A stretch of DNA of 64,000 nt from Gnetum montanum (Eukaryota > Plantae > Gnetophyta). The notes beneath the pieces are model-generated. The model ran no database searches. It saw only the letters and a program-made list of their open reading frames with translations, and was not told the DNA's origin. The translations under genes were made by a program, and so were the position numbers. Below, in pieces: positions 25,749 through 38,359 of the stretch; position 1 is the stretch's first letter; every line of letters begins with the position of its first letter. The stretch is taken from NCBI GenBank assembly GCA_015680685.1, contig MNCI01003186.1, forward strand, positions 1,019,570 through 1,083,569. Reading direction: 5' to 3'.

Positions 25749-28700
25749 TTGTTTGAAATTGATAATGAAGAAGAAATTGGGGGTTCGTCTAGTCATTTTC
25801 CATCTATTGTTGAATCTCATGATAAATATGGAAGAGCTTACCTCTATCCGCCTACACCGCTAGCCGATTTGTATGAAGATGAAGACATAAATCCCTTTGA
25901 AGAAGAAGATCAGGAAATCTTACGACAAGTAGTAAGGGGCACAAGAATAGTAGCAGATGAGAATTTGGCTGCTGTCTTTGATGAAGAAACAGAAGCTGCG
26001 GAAGATGAAGAGGCACAAGTAAATGTGCGAGTGCAAGTTGTTTATCTGTTAGCTCAAGCTACATACGAAGATAGAGATCGAGACTTTGAAGATGAATGGG
26101 ATAACATGCTCAATTGGGATACAGATAGTGATGATACTTCGGGAAGCAGTACCGAAGAAAGAATACTTGATCCAAGAATTCATATGCTTCGATCTCGATC
26201 ACATTCAGTAACGCTTGAAGATAAAGGAAAAAGTGAAATTTCTAACGAAAAACAAGTGATTCTACCATTTTCTGAAGCTCTGCTCAAATCCAAATCCTTC
26301 ATGTCAAATGAAGTGCATAAAGATCTCAAATTTCCAGAAATTCCAAAAGATGCTATCTACAATTTTGCAAACATCTTTTCCACCCAAATGGCTACATCAA
26401 TCAAACAGTCTGAAGCAATTCTTGATGTTAAAGGTAAAGGAATTTGACCTATTCTGTTACCTTTATTTACTACTGAAGAAATAGATAAGTGGCAAAAATA
26501 AGATTATGCTTATGTTCATTTAGGACAAATAGATATTATAGTTATTCCCAAGTTCAACTATAATATCAATGTAGAATATGTTGTTACCCTCTTGGATAGT
26601 AGGGTCATAGGCAATGGAATTAGTCAAGATCCAGAAGTTGCCTGGGAAACTGCAAAAGTTTTTCAATTTCAAGGAACATTAGATGCTGACGCTTTGTGTA
26701 CAGTTCAGCCCAATTTTCAGTTAGCATTGGCCGATGATTATATCACAAATGCTTTATTACTCTGTATAGAAATCCATGGTATTGATATGCTTCCAGGATC
26801 GGTATATGCTGCAGTGGCAGCAAGAGGAACTTATCAATTATCAAATTCCATTTTAATGAATCATAAGTTGAAGTGGGGTGTTCAATTCCCCAAAGGTAGT
26901 CAACATTTGACAGCTTGTGGAAGGTCAATTTAAGCACCCAACTATATTCAAAGTTTTCCAAAGATTCATAATTTGCTTCATGCTCAAGAATTTAAGACGG
27001 TGGAGAAACCTAAGCGCCGTTGGAGTCAATATCCTATTCAACAATTTTGAAGGCAAGCAACTATCACTCTAGAAACATTGCCACTAATCTTGCCATCATA
27101 AAAATATGCGGAAGCATCCTCATCGCCCAACTATGACACCCGTGCAGCAATTCTGATGATGCAACCGTCCTATCGACAAGTGGGATCAAGAAGATTATTA
27201 CAAGGAGGACAATGGCTGCCGCCTAAAGGTGCTTATGAAACTACTGCATCAAAAGTGGAGACGCCAACTACAAGAGTGGATTGTAGTTATCTTTTGGAGC
27301 ATACAGCTAGCAGTGCTCAGTATCAGCCAGATACTACAAGACAGCTGAATTATTTGTGTCATTGGACTTCTTATGCTTCTCAACATATTACACACATTCA
27401 TGATCAAGTGGTGCATCTAGAGCAGGGTATTACTCAGGTGGATACTAGGCTGATAAACATGTCACAAGAATTAGCCGATCACCTTACCGAATATGAAGCC
27501 ATAGCACAAAAGAGAAAGCAACAAGCGAGTGAGACAAAGAAAAGATTGAAGACCGCCTTTACAGTGGAAAATCAAATAACTCTCCCTAAAGCAAGTGAGC
27601 CTGTTCAAAGATCTACCAATAAGACAGTCTTCACTGATCCACGAGATCAATTACTTATTGAAGGAATTAAGAAGATGTAATTAGAAAAGGAAGAAGCTGC
27701 AAAGCCTAAAGCTTCAACCTCCTCAGCCCTAGCAGACGATTGTTAGCATCAACTCATGATGGCCAGAAGAACCTATGCCAATCCACCATGGCAACGAGGA
27801 CCACGAGCAGAACCTCCTATGTTTATAGCTTTGCAGCATTGGCCTGCAACCTCAATTCCGGTCATCGATATTGATTAGCTTCCTCCAAAAGAAGTTCTTC
27901 ATGCAATCCGGTTATGGATTGATCAGTTGTGAATCAGCATGCAAGTGCTTCATGTGGACGAAAAGATAGTTATTGTAGGAGCCTTTACCCGAGCATGTGG
28001 TAAAGTTTGACATTGGTGGGAAGGAACAACTCAAGACCAAAAGAATCAGATCCTTGATACAGGATTACAAGGTGTGTTTGTTTCTTTGGTTATTGAATTT
28101 ACTATGGATTTATCTGCCAATCTAAGATTAAAAGATAAGTTATTACTTAGCCAGAAGAAGTTAGAAGATTTAAGGTATTTTGAGCAATTTAGTGCAGAAT
28201 ATTCAAACGAAGTCTATAGGTTAGCACTTCAAAAAGATCCAATAATTCCATATTTATATTTGGGAAGTTTACCTGCTAAACTGGGGCAAATGGTTCTTTA
28301 TAAAGCAATGGAGAAGAATATTGATTTATCTCTCACTTATTTTAATGATCTAATTCATATGGTACGACAAGAGCTGCAAGCTTCTTGTTATAATATTCAA
28401 TTACATCATATGCTTCCCTCAGCAGAGGTTTGTGCCAATTTAGATGGCGTTGATGTTTTTGGTAAGCCTTCGAGAAGAAAAGGTTCTCGAAAGCAAAGAA
28501 AGCCATGACGCAAATTCTCTGCCGCACCAAGATATAAGCAGCGGAAATGGAGAAGATCTTTTAAGCGTTCAGGTCCAAAACAATTCTTTGCAAAATGAAG
28601 AAAAGGTCCATTCAATAGAAAGAAGGTTACTTGTTATTCATGTAAAAATCAAGGCCATTATGCTCATGAATGTCTGCAAAGAAAAGAGAAGCTAAATCCA

Positions 28701-31700
28701 AAAGTGAAAGCTTTCTTTGAAAGCTATATTGAAGATTGGGAACCTATTGATAATCCAGAAGAGGAAACAGAACAAGTGTTTGCCATCCAAGTTCTGTCAA
28801 GTGCCAGTGAATCCAGCCCTGAATCAGAAGCAGAGTCCCAAGTGGACCAGGAAGAAGAGGAAGCAAACGAAGGAGAAGAAAAAGATGATGGAATGCCACA
28901 ACGAAGTTTCATGATGCAAGCCTCATCATCACAACCAATTGAAGAAATCTCCAAAGAATGGTTCTCAGAAGTAGATTTGAATGAAGTTAATACATGGCTA
29001 AATGAACAACCCATATGTTCTGACAATGATTCAATTACCGACATCCCAATTGAAGACAATGAAGCTGATATTGAAGGAGATCGAGATTCTAGTATCTCTT
29101 CTACCTTAGGATGCAAAGAAACATTGTTAAAGGTAGCTTCTGAAGACGAATCAGATACAGAACCTCTGCCAAAGATCATTCAACAAAAGCTTCCACAATT
29201 CTTGGCCACTCCATATCAGAAGATATTTCCAGTCAACACTGAAGTGAATTGGATAGTGCCACCACCTCCAAAGGTAGATCCACAAATCCAGCTTCAAATT
29301 AAGCATCTTTTAGCATTACAGAATGTTTTATTAATTCCAGTCAAAATAGCAGTAGATGGGCAAAACAAGTGGAAGAAGTATCAAGGTTTTATTGATACAG
29401 GAGCATCGTTAAATTTTTATCATAGAGATGTAATAGAATGTTGGGTAGAAAGTAAGGCCATGACTTTAGAAACCATGAATGGCACCAGACAGCTTTCTCA
29501 GTTTTCCTTCAATATCCCCATCAAATTGAATGATGAATCAGTTGGAACTGCTAATTTTTTTTAGATTTCCGATAGCGGATTTGATGTTGGGCTAGGGGCT
29601 CATTTTATGGATACATTAGGTCCATATACAGTAGGACAAGATATGATTGTCTGCACTTAGCCATTGGTATAGCAAGAACCAAGAACAAAGATTATTTTGA
29701 GTCGCATTCCAATCCAGTTGTTAAAGAACAAGCATCCTCAAATTAGATCAACATTCAATAAACACAATCCCTCCTTAAAGGAAGTTATTTCGCAGATGGA
29801 GCTAGAAGAATTGGCTAGACAAAAATATGCTAGAGTTCAGCAATTAAAGAAAGCACAGATCAACCTGACGGAACTAGGTCAGCAATTGCTTAGTATATGC
29901 TTTTCTAAATTAAAGAAATGTTGTTGTGAACATCCATTGTAGTTCTGGGATCGAGATAGCCCGAAAGCACATATCCCAACCATTCACAATATTCCAGTAC
30001 AGTCCAAAGTAATAGTACTCAATCAGCAAGATGTGCTTGAAATGGAAGTTCAGTTAGCAGAATTCCTTGGTAAGGGGTTAATTCAGAAGTCTCAATCAAA
30101 TTATGCTTATTCCAGTTTTATTGTGAGAAATCATGCAGAAATCGCAAGAGGAAAAGCTCGAATGGTTATTAATTATATTCCTCTAAATTCCGTTACTATA
30201 GACATTAAATGGCCTCTGCCAAACAAAGAACTGTTAATCCAGAAAGTTGCGGCAAAGAAGGTGGTTAGTAAGTTTGATTGTAAAAGCGGTTATCATCAAA
30301 TTCATATAACAGCTAAAGATATTCATAAGACCACATTTTCAACTCCGCAAGGTTTATATGAATGGAAGGTTATGCCGTTTGGTTTGAAAAATGCACCATC
30401 CCAATTCCAGCGAAGAATGGATGCTATTTTTCAACCAGTTCATCAGTTTGTAGTTAATTATATTGATGATTTTGTGATCTTTTCTAACTCAGTAGAAGAA
30501 CATGTATCTCATTTGCAGAAATTTGCAGCATTATGCCTACAGCATGGCATTGGTCTTTCATCTGATCCAAAAAAGTTTCAAGTGGGGAAAACAACAATTG
30601 AATTTTTGGGAGTAACTATCCGAGAAGGCAAAATTCACATGCAACTACATGTGTTAGAGAAGATTGATCAATTTCCAGATCGATTAGTTAATAAGAAGAA
30701 ATGCCTTAGGTTTTTGGATTGTATTAATTATGTGTCTCAACATATTGACAAGTTGTCGGATAAAACCAAAGAAATTAGATGGTGCAAAAATCAGCAACCC
30801 TTCATATGGACCAAGGCAGCCACTAGTCAGGTGCAACAACTTAAAGTAGACTGTCAGAAACTACCGCTGCTTCAACCAATTCTTAAAGGTCCGTTTATCT
30901 TGAATACAAATGCCAGTTATGATGCATGGGCAGCGATTCTTCTTCAAGCAAGCAATAGTAGAGAAACAAAGCAAGTTTGTGCCTATGCCTCCGGAACATT
31001 TCTAAAGAATGAATTAAATTATTGGCCAGAGGAGAAAGAAATCTTAGCAGCAGTAAGAGGTTTGGAAAAGTTTCATATCCATTTGATTTTTGAACCATTT
31101 ATTTTAAGAACCGATTCGTCCAATTTAGCCACACTTTTAAAAAGAAAAGTTAGTTCATCACCCAAGCTCCATAGATTTGCATGGTGGCAGTTTCTTCTCG
31201 CACAATATAAATTCTCCATTGAGTGAATTCCTGGTGTTACCAATTGTTTACCGGATGCTTTGACCAGGGAACTAAAACCACAAATTAAGATGTTTCATGC
31301 TCATGCTGAATCTAGTAGCGGTTCAATGAATCCAATGCAAGATAATGAAGACTGGAAGCTGTGGCCTATAGCAATCCTTGAAGATCGTGTTAAATGGGTA
31401 TGGCAAGTTTCTAACCTTTTTCCACAGGAGTCCTCACTCAGTCACTCAAAGCAGTATCCTACCTTAGATTTCTTTGTGAATATGGCGGGACGCATCGACT
31501 GTCTGATCAACAATCTTAGATGGAGTAGGCTCGAAGCAAAGCTCTTAAAGCATCTCCACATCACCGATATGCTCGACAACCTAATCCTTATTCGCTGCCC
31601 ATTGTTCGCCAATGAATATGCCAGACATTACTTGAACGAGACGTTGGAATAAACTTAGTGGGAAGAAAACTTATGTACACATTTCCAGAGAATCAATTTT

Positions 31701-31892
31701 ATTCAGGAGCTTTCATGGTACGCAAATGAATGCCTAGTGCCAAAGCAACTTTAGCTACATAATGACAATGCCTCATCAACACCTGTTGGCATCCTTACTA
31801 AGCTATCCAATCTTATCAAAGAATGCTTTGATTGTAAGAAGGCACGTGGAAAGATCTGTCCAGTCCACCGAGCTATCCTTAAAGCTATCTAG
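25749..31892 (+). pseudogene. Caulimovirid polyprotein MP-CP-AP-RT-RNaseH plus C-terminal extension (one frame, in-frame stops only)
   Basis: ORF pieces starting 25749, 26592, 27156, 28074, 28704, 29697, 30033 and 31260 share one frame. 30K-MP motif YAYVHLGQIDI...LLDSR (~26505-26603); CYSCKNQGHYAHEC (28632-28673); FIDTGAS (29388); YIDD (30459); RH T(N/D)AS...EKEILA...RTD. Confidence 0.93.
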
Positions 31893-31974
31893 GCGTGGCT
31901 TGTACGCCTTGTTTTCTTAGCTTGCACGCCAAGGTTGTGGTTGTGTGCTTTGTGTTTTTAAAGCCCGTTGTTGT

Positions 31975-32103
31975 TATAAATAGGGGCAGAGTGTGGAGAG
32001 AGAGGTGGAAGTGTGCTTATGTATGTATGAATGTTAGTCTAGTGTGATGTCCGTCTGGTCTTTGTTCATCATGTGTATTCGGTGTGTTTTGCGAGTAATA
32101 AAA
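31975..32103 (+). promoter_or_regulatory. Viral pregenomic-RNA promoter TATA and downstream polyA signal
   Basis: TATAAATAGGG at ~31975, AATAAA at ~32097 and CACGTG at ~31843; same layout as 35S-type terminal redundancy. Confidence 0.65.
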
Positions 32104-32540
32104 GTTAGTCTTTTGCTTTCACTTCTCATTGAACTTGCCATTATTATTTCTTTCCTGCTGTTTAAAACTATCCACGCAATCATCATATTGGAACGTTTGT
32201 TATATCGAGGATTGTTGATCCGACGATGAATATGTTCTGGCTGACACCGCAGTTTCTTGTAATCTGTTTGCTCATAATCCTGATTATTTCGCTTGACATT
32301 TTAGGTCTGTATTCACTTATTAGCTACTGGTTTGTGTTGTCAGAGTAATCCTTACTTTGTCTCTTGGTTTGGTGTAAGGATTGCTGAGAGTTGCCCGACT
32401 TAGCAGATTTTCTTGTGCTTTCGTCTTTGTTGCCCTGGTTGGAAGGTAACTCCTTTGTCTCTAGAAACTCCCGTTTAAAGTGCCATTGGAAGTGTAGTGT
32501 GAAGGTTGAGTTTGTTAGATGCTGTCCGAGGTAGTTAGCC

Positions 32541-33093
32541 ATGGCTAACAATGGAAGGAAGCAAGGAAAGTTCGTTGTGCCGTTTGATGATCCACAGTCA
32601 TTTCATGCCAAATTGGAACAGGAATGGAAAGCCCTGAGAGACCCAACAGCAGCATCCCACAATGGTATCGGAGCCTTGGAAATCAATCAAGATACTGCTT
32701 CGATTAGCAAAGGATTAGATCCAGACACAGAACTTCGGCTTAACAGCCAATCAGATAAGTTAAAATCCTCTATGTCTTCTGAAGTTTGGCCTGAGTGGTC
32801 TGTTCATCTTAATGATTATTGGGAAACTCCTGAATGGAAGTATGAACGATGGCAATCTGAGAATTTGTTTTTGTTAGCTAAAACATTATTTGATTATAAA
32901 GAAGATCATAAGAAGAAAAGGACTCTCGGTCATTTATATTGACAAACTATAGCTAAGCTTGTTGAAGAACATTTAGATGTCCTATCTCAATATTATTGGA
33001 CAATGGGTTCTATCCATGTTTCAACTCCTAATCTAGCCAAAAGGGCTGTAGCAACATGTATTCATAAAAGTCAATCCTGTCCAATTCTAAATA
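32541..33093 (+). pseudogene. First viral ORF (unknown function), spans the PBS, truncated at the inversion junction
   Basis: MANNGRKQGK... continues in frame past one TGA (32940) up to the junction at 33093; its start is also present in the inverted copy. Confidence 0.55.
32663..32675 (+). promoter_or_regulatory. tRNA-iMet primer-binding site of the caulimovirid
   Basis: TGGTATCGGAGCC versus canonical TGGTATCAGAGCC; the inverted copy has TGGTATCAGA. Confidence 0.9.
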
Positions 33094-35946
33094 GTTCTGA
33101 TACCATTTTGGGATGCTGCTGCTACGTCTCTCAGGGCTTTCCATTTCTGTTCCAATTTGGCATGAAATGACTGCAGATCATCAAACGGCACAATGAACTT
33201 TCCTTGCTTCCTTCCATCGTTAGCCATGGCTAACTACCTCGTACAGTGTCTAGCAAACTCAACCTTCACAGTGCACTTCCAATGGCACTTTTAACGGGAG
33301 TTTCTGCAGACAAAGGAGTTACCTTCCAACCAGGGCAACAAAGACGAAAGCACAAGAAAATATGCTAAGTTGGGAAACTCTCAGCAATCCTTACACCAAA
33401 CCAAGAGAAAAAGCAAGGATTACTCTGACAATGCAAACCAGCAACTAATAAGTGAATACAGACCTAAAAAGGTGAGTGAAATAATCAGGATTATGAGCAA
33501 ACAAATTACAAGAAACTGCGGTGTCAGCCAGAACATATTCATCGTCGGATCAACAATCCTCGATATAAAAAATGTTCCAATATGATGATTGTGTCGATAG
33601 TTTTAAACAGTAGGAAAGAAAGAATAATGGCAAGTTCAATGAGAAGTGTAAGCAAAAGACTAACTTGTATTACTCGCAAAACACACTGAATACACATGAT
33701 GAACAAAGACCAGACGGACATCAGACTAGAATGACATTCATACATACATAAGCACACTTCCACCTCTATCTCCACACTCTGCCCCTATTTATAACAACAG
33801 CGGGCTTTAAAAACACAAAACACACAACCACAACCTCGACGTGCAAGCCAAGAAACCAAGGTATACAAGCCACGCCTAGATAACTTTAAGGATAGCTCGG
33901 TGGACTGGACAGATCTTTCGACGTGCCTTCTTACAATCAAAGCATTCTTTGATAAGCTTGGACAGCTCGGTAAGGATGCCAACAGGTGTTGATGAGGCGT
34001 CGTCATCATGTAGCTGAAGTTGCTTTGGCACCAAGAATTCATTTGCATACCATGAAAGATCCTGAAAAAAATTGATTCTCTGGAAATGTGTACATAACTT
34101 TTCTTCCCACTAAGTTGATTCCAACGTCTCGTTCAAGTAATGTCTGGCATGTTCGTTGGCGAACAACGGGCGGTGAATAAGGATTAGGTTGTCGAGCATA
34201 TCGGTGATGTGGAGATGCTTTAAGAGCTTTGCTTCGAGCCTACTCCATCTAAGATTTTTGATCACACAGTCGATGCGTCCCGCCATATTCATAAAGAAAT
34301 CTAAGGTAGGATACTGCTTTGAGTGACTGAGTGAGGACTTCTGTGGAAAAAGGTTAGAAAATTGCCATACCCATTTAACACGATCTTCAAGGGTTTCTAC
34401 AGGCCACAGCTTCTAGTCTTCATTGTCTTGCATTGGATTCATTGAACCACTACTAGATTCAGCATGAGCATGAAACATCTTAATTTGTGGTTTTAGTTCC
34501 CTGGTCAAAGCATCCGGTAAACAATTGGTGACACCAGGAATTCGCTCAATGGAGAATTTATATTGTGCGAGAAGAAACTGCCACCATGCAAATCTATGGA
34601 GCTTGGGTGATGAACTAACTTTTCTTTTTAAAAGTGTGGCTAAATTGGATGAATCGGTTCTTAAAATAAATGGTTCAGAAATCAAATGGATATGAAACTT
34701 TTCCAAACCTCTTACTGCTGCTAAGATTTCTTTCTCCGCTGGTCAATAATTTAATTCATTCTTTAGAAATGTTCCGGAGGCATAGGCACAAACTTGCTTT
34801 GTTTCTCTACTATTGCTTGCTTGAAGAAGAATCGCTGCCCATGCATCATAACTGGCATCTGTATTCAGGATACATGGACCTTTAAGAATTGGTTGAAGTG
34901 GTGGTAGTTTCTGACAGTCTGCTTTAAGTTGTTGCACCTGACTAGTGGCTGCCTTGGTCCATATGAAGGGTTGCTGATTTTTGCACCATCTAATTTCTTT
35001 GGTTTTATCCGACAACTTGTCAATATGTCGAGACACATAATTAATACAACCCAAAAACCTAAGGCATTTCTCCTTATTAACTAATCGATCTGGAAATTGA
35101 TCAATCTTCTCTAACACATGTAGTTGCATGTGAATTTTGCCTTCTCGGATAGTTACTCCCAAAAATTCAATTGTTGTTTTCCCCACTTGAAACTTCTTTG
35201 GATCAGATGAGAGACCAATGCCATGCTGTAGGCATAATGCTGCAAATTTCTGCAAATGAGATACATGTTCTTCTACTGAGTCAAAAAAGATCACAAAATC
35301 ATCAATATAATTAGCTACAAACTGATGAACTAGTTGAAAAATAGTATCCATTCTTCGCTGGAATTGGGCTGGTGCATTTTTCAAACCAAACGGCATAACC
35401 TTCCATTCATATAAACCTTGCGGAGTTGAAAATGCGGTCTTATGAATATCTTCAGCTGTTATACAAATTTGATGATAACCGCTTTTATAATCAAACTTAC
35501 TAAACACCTTCTTTGCCGCAACTTTCTGGATTAACAGTTCTTTGTTTGGCAGAGGCCATTTAATGTCTATAGTAACGACATTTAGAGGAATATAATTAAT
35601 AACCATTCGAGCTTTGCCTCTTGTGATTTCTGCATGATTTCTCACAATAAAACTGGAACAAGCATAATTTGATTGAGACTTCTGAATTAACCCCTTACCA
35701 AGGAATTCTGCTAACTAAACTTCCATTTCAAGCGCATCTTGCTAATTGAGTACTATTACTTTGGACTATACTGGAATATTGTGAATGGTTGGGATATGAG
35801 CTTTCGGGCTATCTCGATCCCAAAACTGCAATGGATGTTCACAACAACATTTCTTTAATTCAGAAAAGCATATACTAAGCAATTGTTGACCTGGTTCCGT
35901 CAGGTTGATCTGTGCTTTCTTTAATTGCTAAACTCTGGCATATTTT
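33094..35946 (-). mobile_element. Inverted second caulimovirid copy (RT-RNaseH, C-terminal tail, promoter, leader up to the PBS)
   Basis: Reverse complement of 29822-32675; RT ORF 34743-35645 differs from the + copy at about 20 of 300 residues. Confidence 0.95.
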
Positions 35947-36454
35947 AAGTAGCTGATTCCTTGACTAGCCGTACACACCCGTGGATGCTCGTAGCCAAGT
36001 CGTACTTATCACAGTTTCTAGCCTAGCGATGAGCAACCGATTCCTTAACTAGCCGTACACATTGGACTACCACTGGGATTACCAAGCGTAGATCCTAGAA
36101 TACGCTACTGGGTTACCAAGCAGCCAATGCTCGTAGTTAAGTCGTACTCACGCGTTGCGATGAGCAACTGATTCCTTGATTAGCAAACCATGTACTACAA
36201 GGTTTATCCAATCAAGTTCATCTTTATTGCCATACACAACTTGTGTTCAGGTTACAAAGTTGCTCGAATAAAGAGTCGTTCACTCTAGGACTCCTACTGC
36301 GGGCACATGGGAAAAATTCTAACTCTAGAGTGATCAATCTGCCAGAGCTTCGCTACTTCTAGCCAGGATTCGGAATAAGGGGAGTGCCACCTCTTATTTA
36401 TAGATATGGCGGCAGACCGCGATATCGTAGCACTATGCATGTCGCATCTCATCA
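35947..36454 (-). repeat. U3-proximal LTR piece of element C (TATA at ~36395-36403)
   Basis: Matches 25167-25723 and 41972-42553; ends CTCATCA next to the PPT. Confidence 0.9.
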
Positions 36455-38030
36455 TACCCCCATGACTGAATGAAAACTTGTCCTCGAGTTCCTTACAATG
36501 ATATCAGCTAGGTATGGGATTATTAAGGGGAATGGAACTAATGGGATGACATGTGAATGGGTCTTTATTACAAGACTTCACAAAAACTGGTGTTCATGAC
36601 AACAAGGGTGAACACCTTATTACAATGACATCAGGCCACATTTGGCAGCTGAGAGAAAAGAGGAGAGAGAATAGAAGAGAAGAAGAGAGAAGAGTCTTGT
36701 TGCTTCCAACGCCTAGATTGCGTCTTCTGTTGTCCATCCGTAAGCGCATTATCGATTCTACTCCTTGCATGGTTTCTTCAGCACTGCTCCATTCCAAGTG
36801 TTTGCTCCAGATCCATTTCTTTGTTGTATGATTGCCATCTGCACACACAACACAATCATATATTAGCAAGGGTAATTAAATCATTAAGCAAATAATACCT
36901 TGCTTCGGTTTAGGTTCATTGGCTAGGTTGTGGTATGGCTGATATGGATCTGGGAAAATGTAGATGATGACTACCGAAGGTATAGGGGTTAGGGAGAAAA
37001 ATGAAAAAATCAAGGGCATAGGAGAAAAATTGAAAAAGTAGGCCTCGTATCCCCATGACTAATCCCGAACCTCTGGTAGCGTAAGAATGAAGAAAGAAAA
37101 GGAGTGAGAAAGATAGGTAAAAAGGGACAACTATGACATCGGTGAAGTGGATGTCAAGATGGAGATGAACAAAAATAAAATTAATTGCAAAAATGTTAAG
37201 GAAAAGAAGTTAACGAATGTTCCAAATAGAAGTGTTAGTGGGTCATCCCCAAAGTAGGCTCATGCCCTTAATGCCCTGACAATCCCACATTCGAAGAGTC
37301 CGTAGGCTCTGGGAATGTCCTTTGGAACAAGAGTTAAAGTCTTAACCGTAAGAATTTACCAAAAAGAAAACAATGCATCAACCAAAATATATACACTAAT
37401 GATACAATTAGTAATGAGGTGAACAATGGAGAGAAGGATGGGGAGAAGAGAAGTGGAACGGAATCCCAAGAACAAGGTGGTGTACAGCCCTTTGTGTCGT
37501 TTATGATTAATGTGACTTGGCGAATCTCATTCCAACTAGGACTCAAACCAACCACTTCCAGTGACTTCGCATCAATGCATTTGGTTACATCATCCACTTG
37601 GAGAACAAGGATGCATCTTCAAAGAGCCCCCACCATTCCGACAAAACAAAGGAGAGAATGGGAAGCGAGAAGGGCCTTAGTTAGAGGAAACGCTTTGGTT
37701 CCATAACCAGTGCTTGCAGCCAAAATTTTATTTCTTCTAAGGGGTGTGCTTTGAATCCTCACTTTGGTTTTTTTTTTTGTGTTTTTATGCGTGAGAACCA
37801 CACCATGCAAAGACTTCTTTATTTTTATTGTCTCAGCTTCCAAAGAATGGGTAACGTCGGAATTGTAAGAAAACTCAAGAAGAAAACAACCAAGCACCCA
37901 AGTGAATGACCAACACAAGAGCACCAAGTTCCCTTGAAGTTACACCCTTTGCAATCCTTGAGTCCTTCCTTAGTTTGAGAAATGCCCAGTCACCAGTTCG
38001 TTAAAGTTCTTATTAGAAGGGAACTGTACA

Positions 38031-38354
38031 NNNNNNNNNNNNNNNNNNNNNNNNNNNNNNNNNNNNNNNNNNNNNNNNNNNNNNNNNNNNNNNNNNNNNN
38101 NNNNNNNNNNNNNNNNNNNNNNNNNNNNNNNNNNNNNNNNNNNNNNNNNNNNNNNNNNNNNNNNNNNNNNNNNNNNNNNNNNNNNNNNNNNNNNNNNNNN
38201 NNNNNNNNNNNNNNNNNNNNNNNNNNNNNNNNNNNNNNNNNNNNNNNNNNNNNNNNNNNNNNNNNNNNNNNNNNNNNNNNNNNNNNNNNNNNNNNNNNNN
38301 NNNNNNNNNNNNNNNNNNNNNNNNNNNNNNNNNNNNNNNNNNNNNNNNNNNNNN
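38031..38354. other. Assembly gap (N run)
   Basis: 324 Ns. Confidence 1.
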
Positions 38355-38359
38355 TAACG

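Larger units (their letters stand above)
25724..33093 (+). mobile_element. Endogenous caulimovirid (plant pararetrovirus), near-complete permuted genome (~7.4 kb)
   Basis: MP, CP zinc knuckle, aspartic protease, RT and RNaseH in caulimovirid order; no integrase; intergenic TATA/polyA signals and a tRNA-Met PBS. Confidence 0.95.

Noticed and set aside
25724-35946. Activatable or infectious endogenous virus
   Set aside because: Many in-frame stops, a missing segment between 33093 and 25724, and the redundancy is inverted rather than direct.
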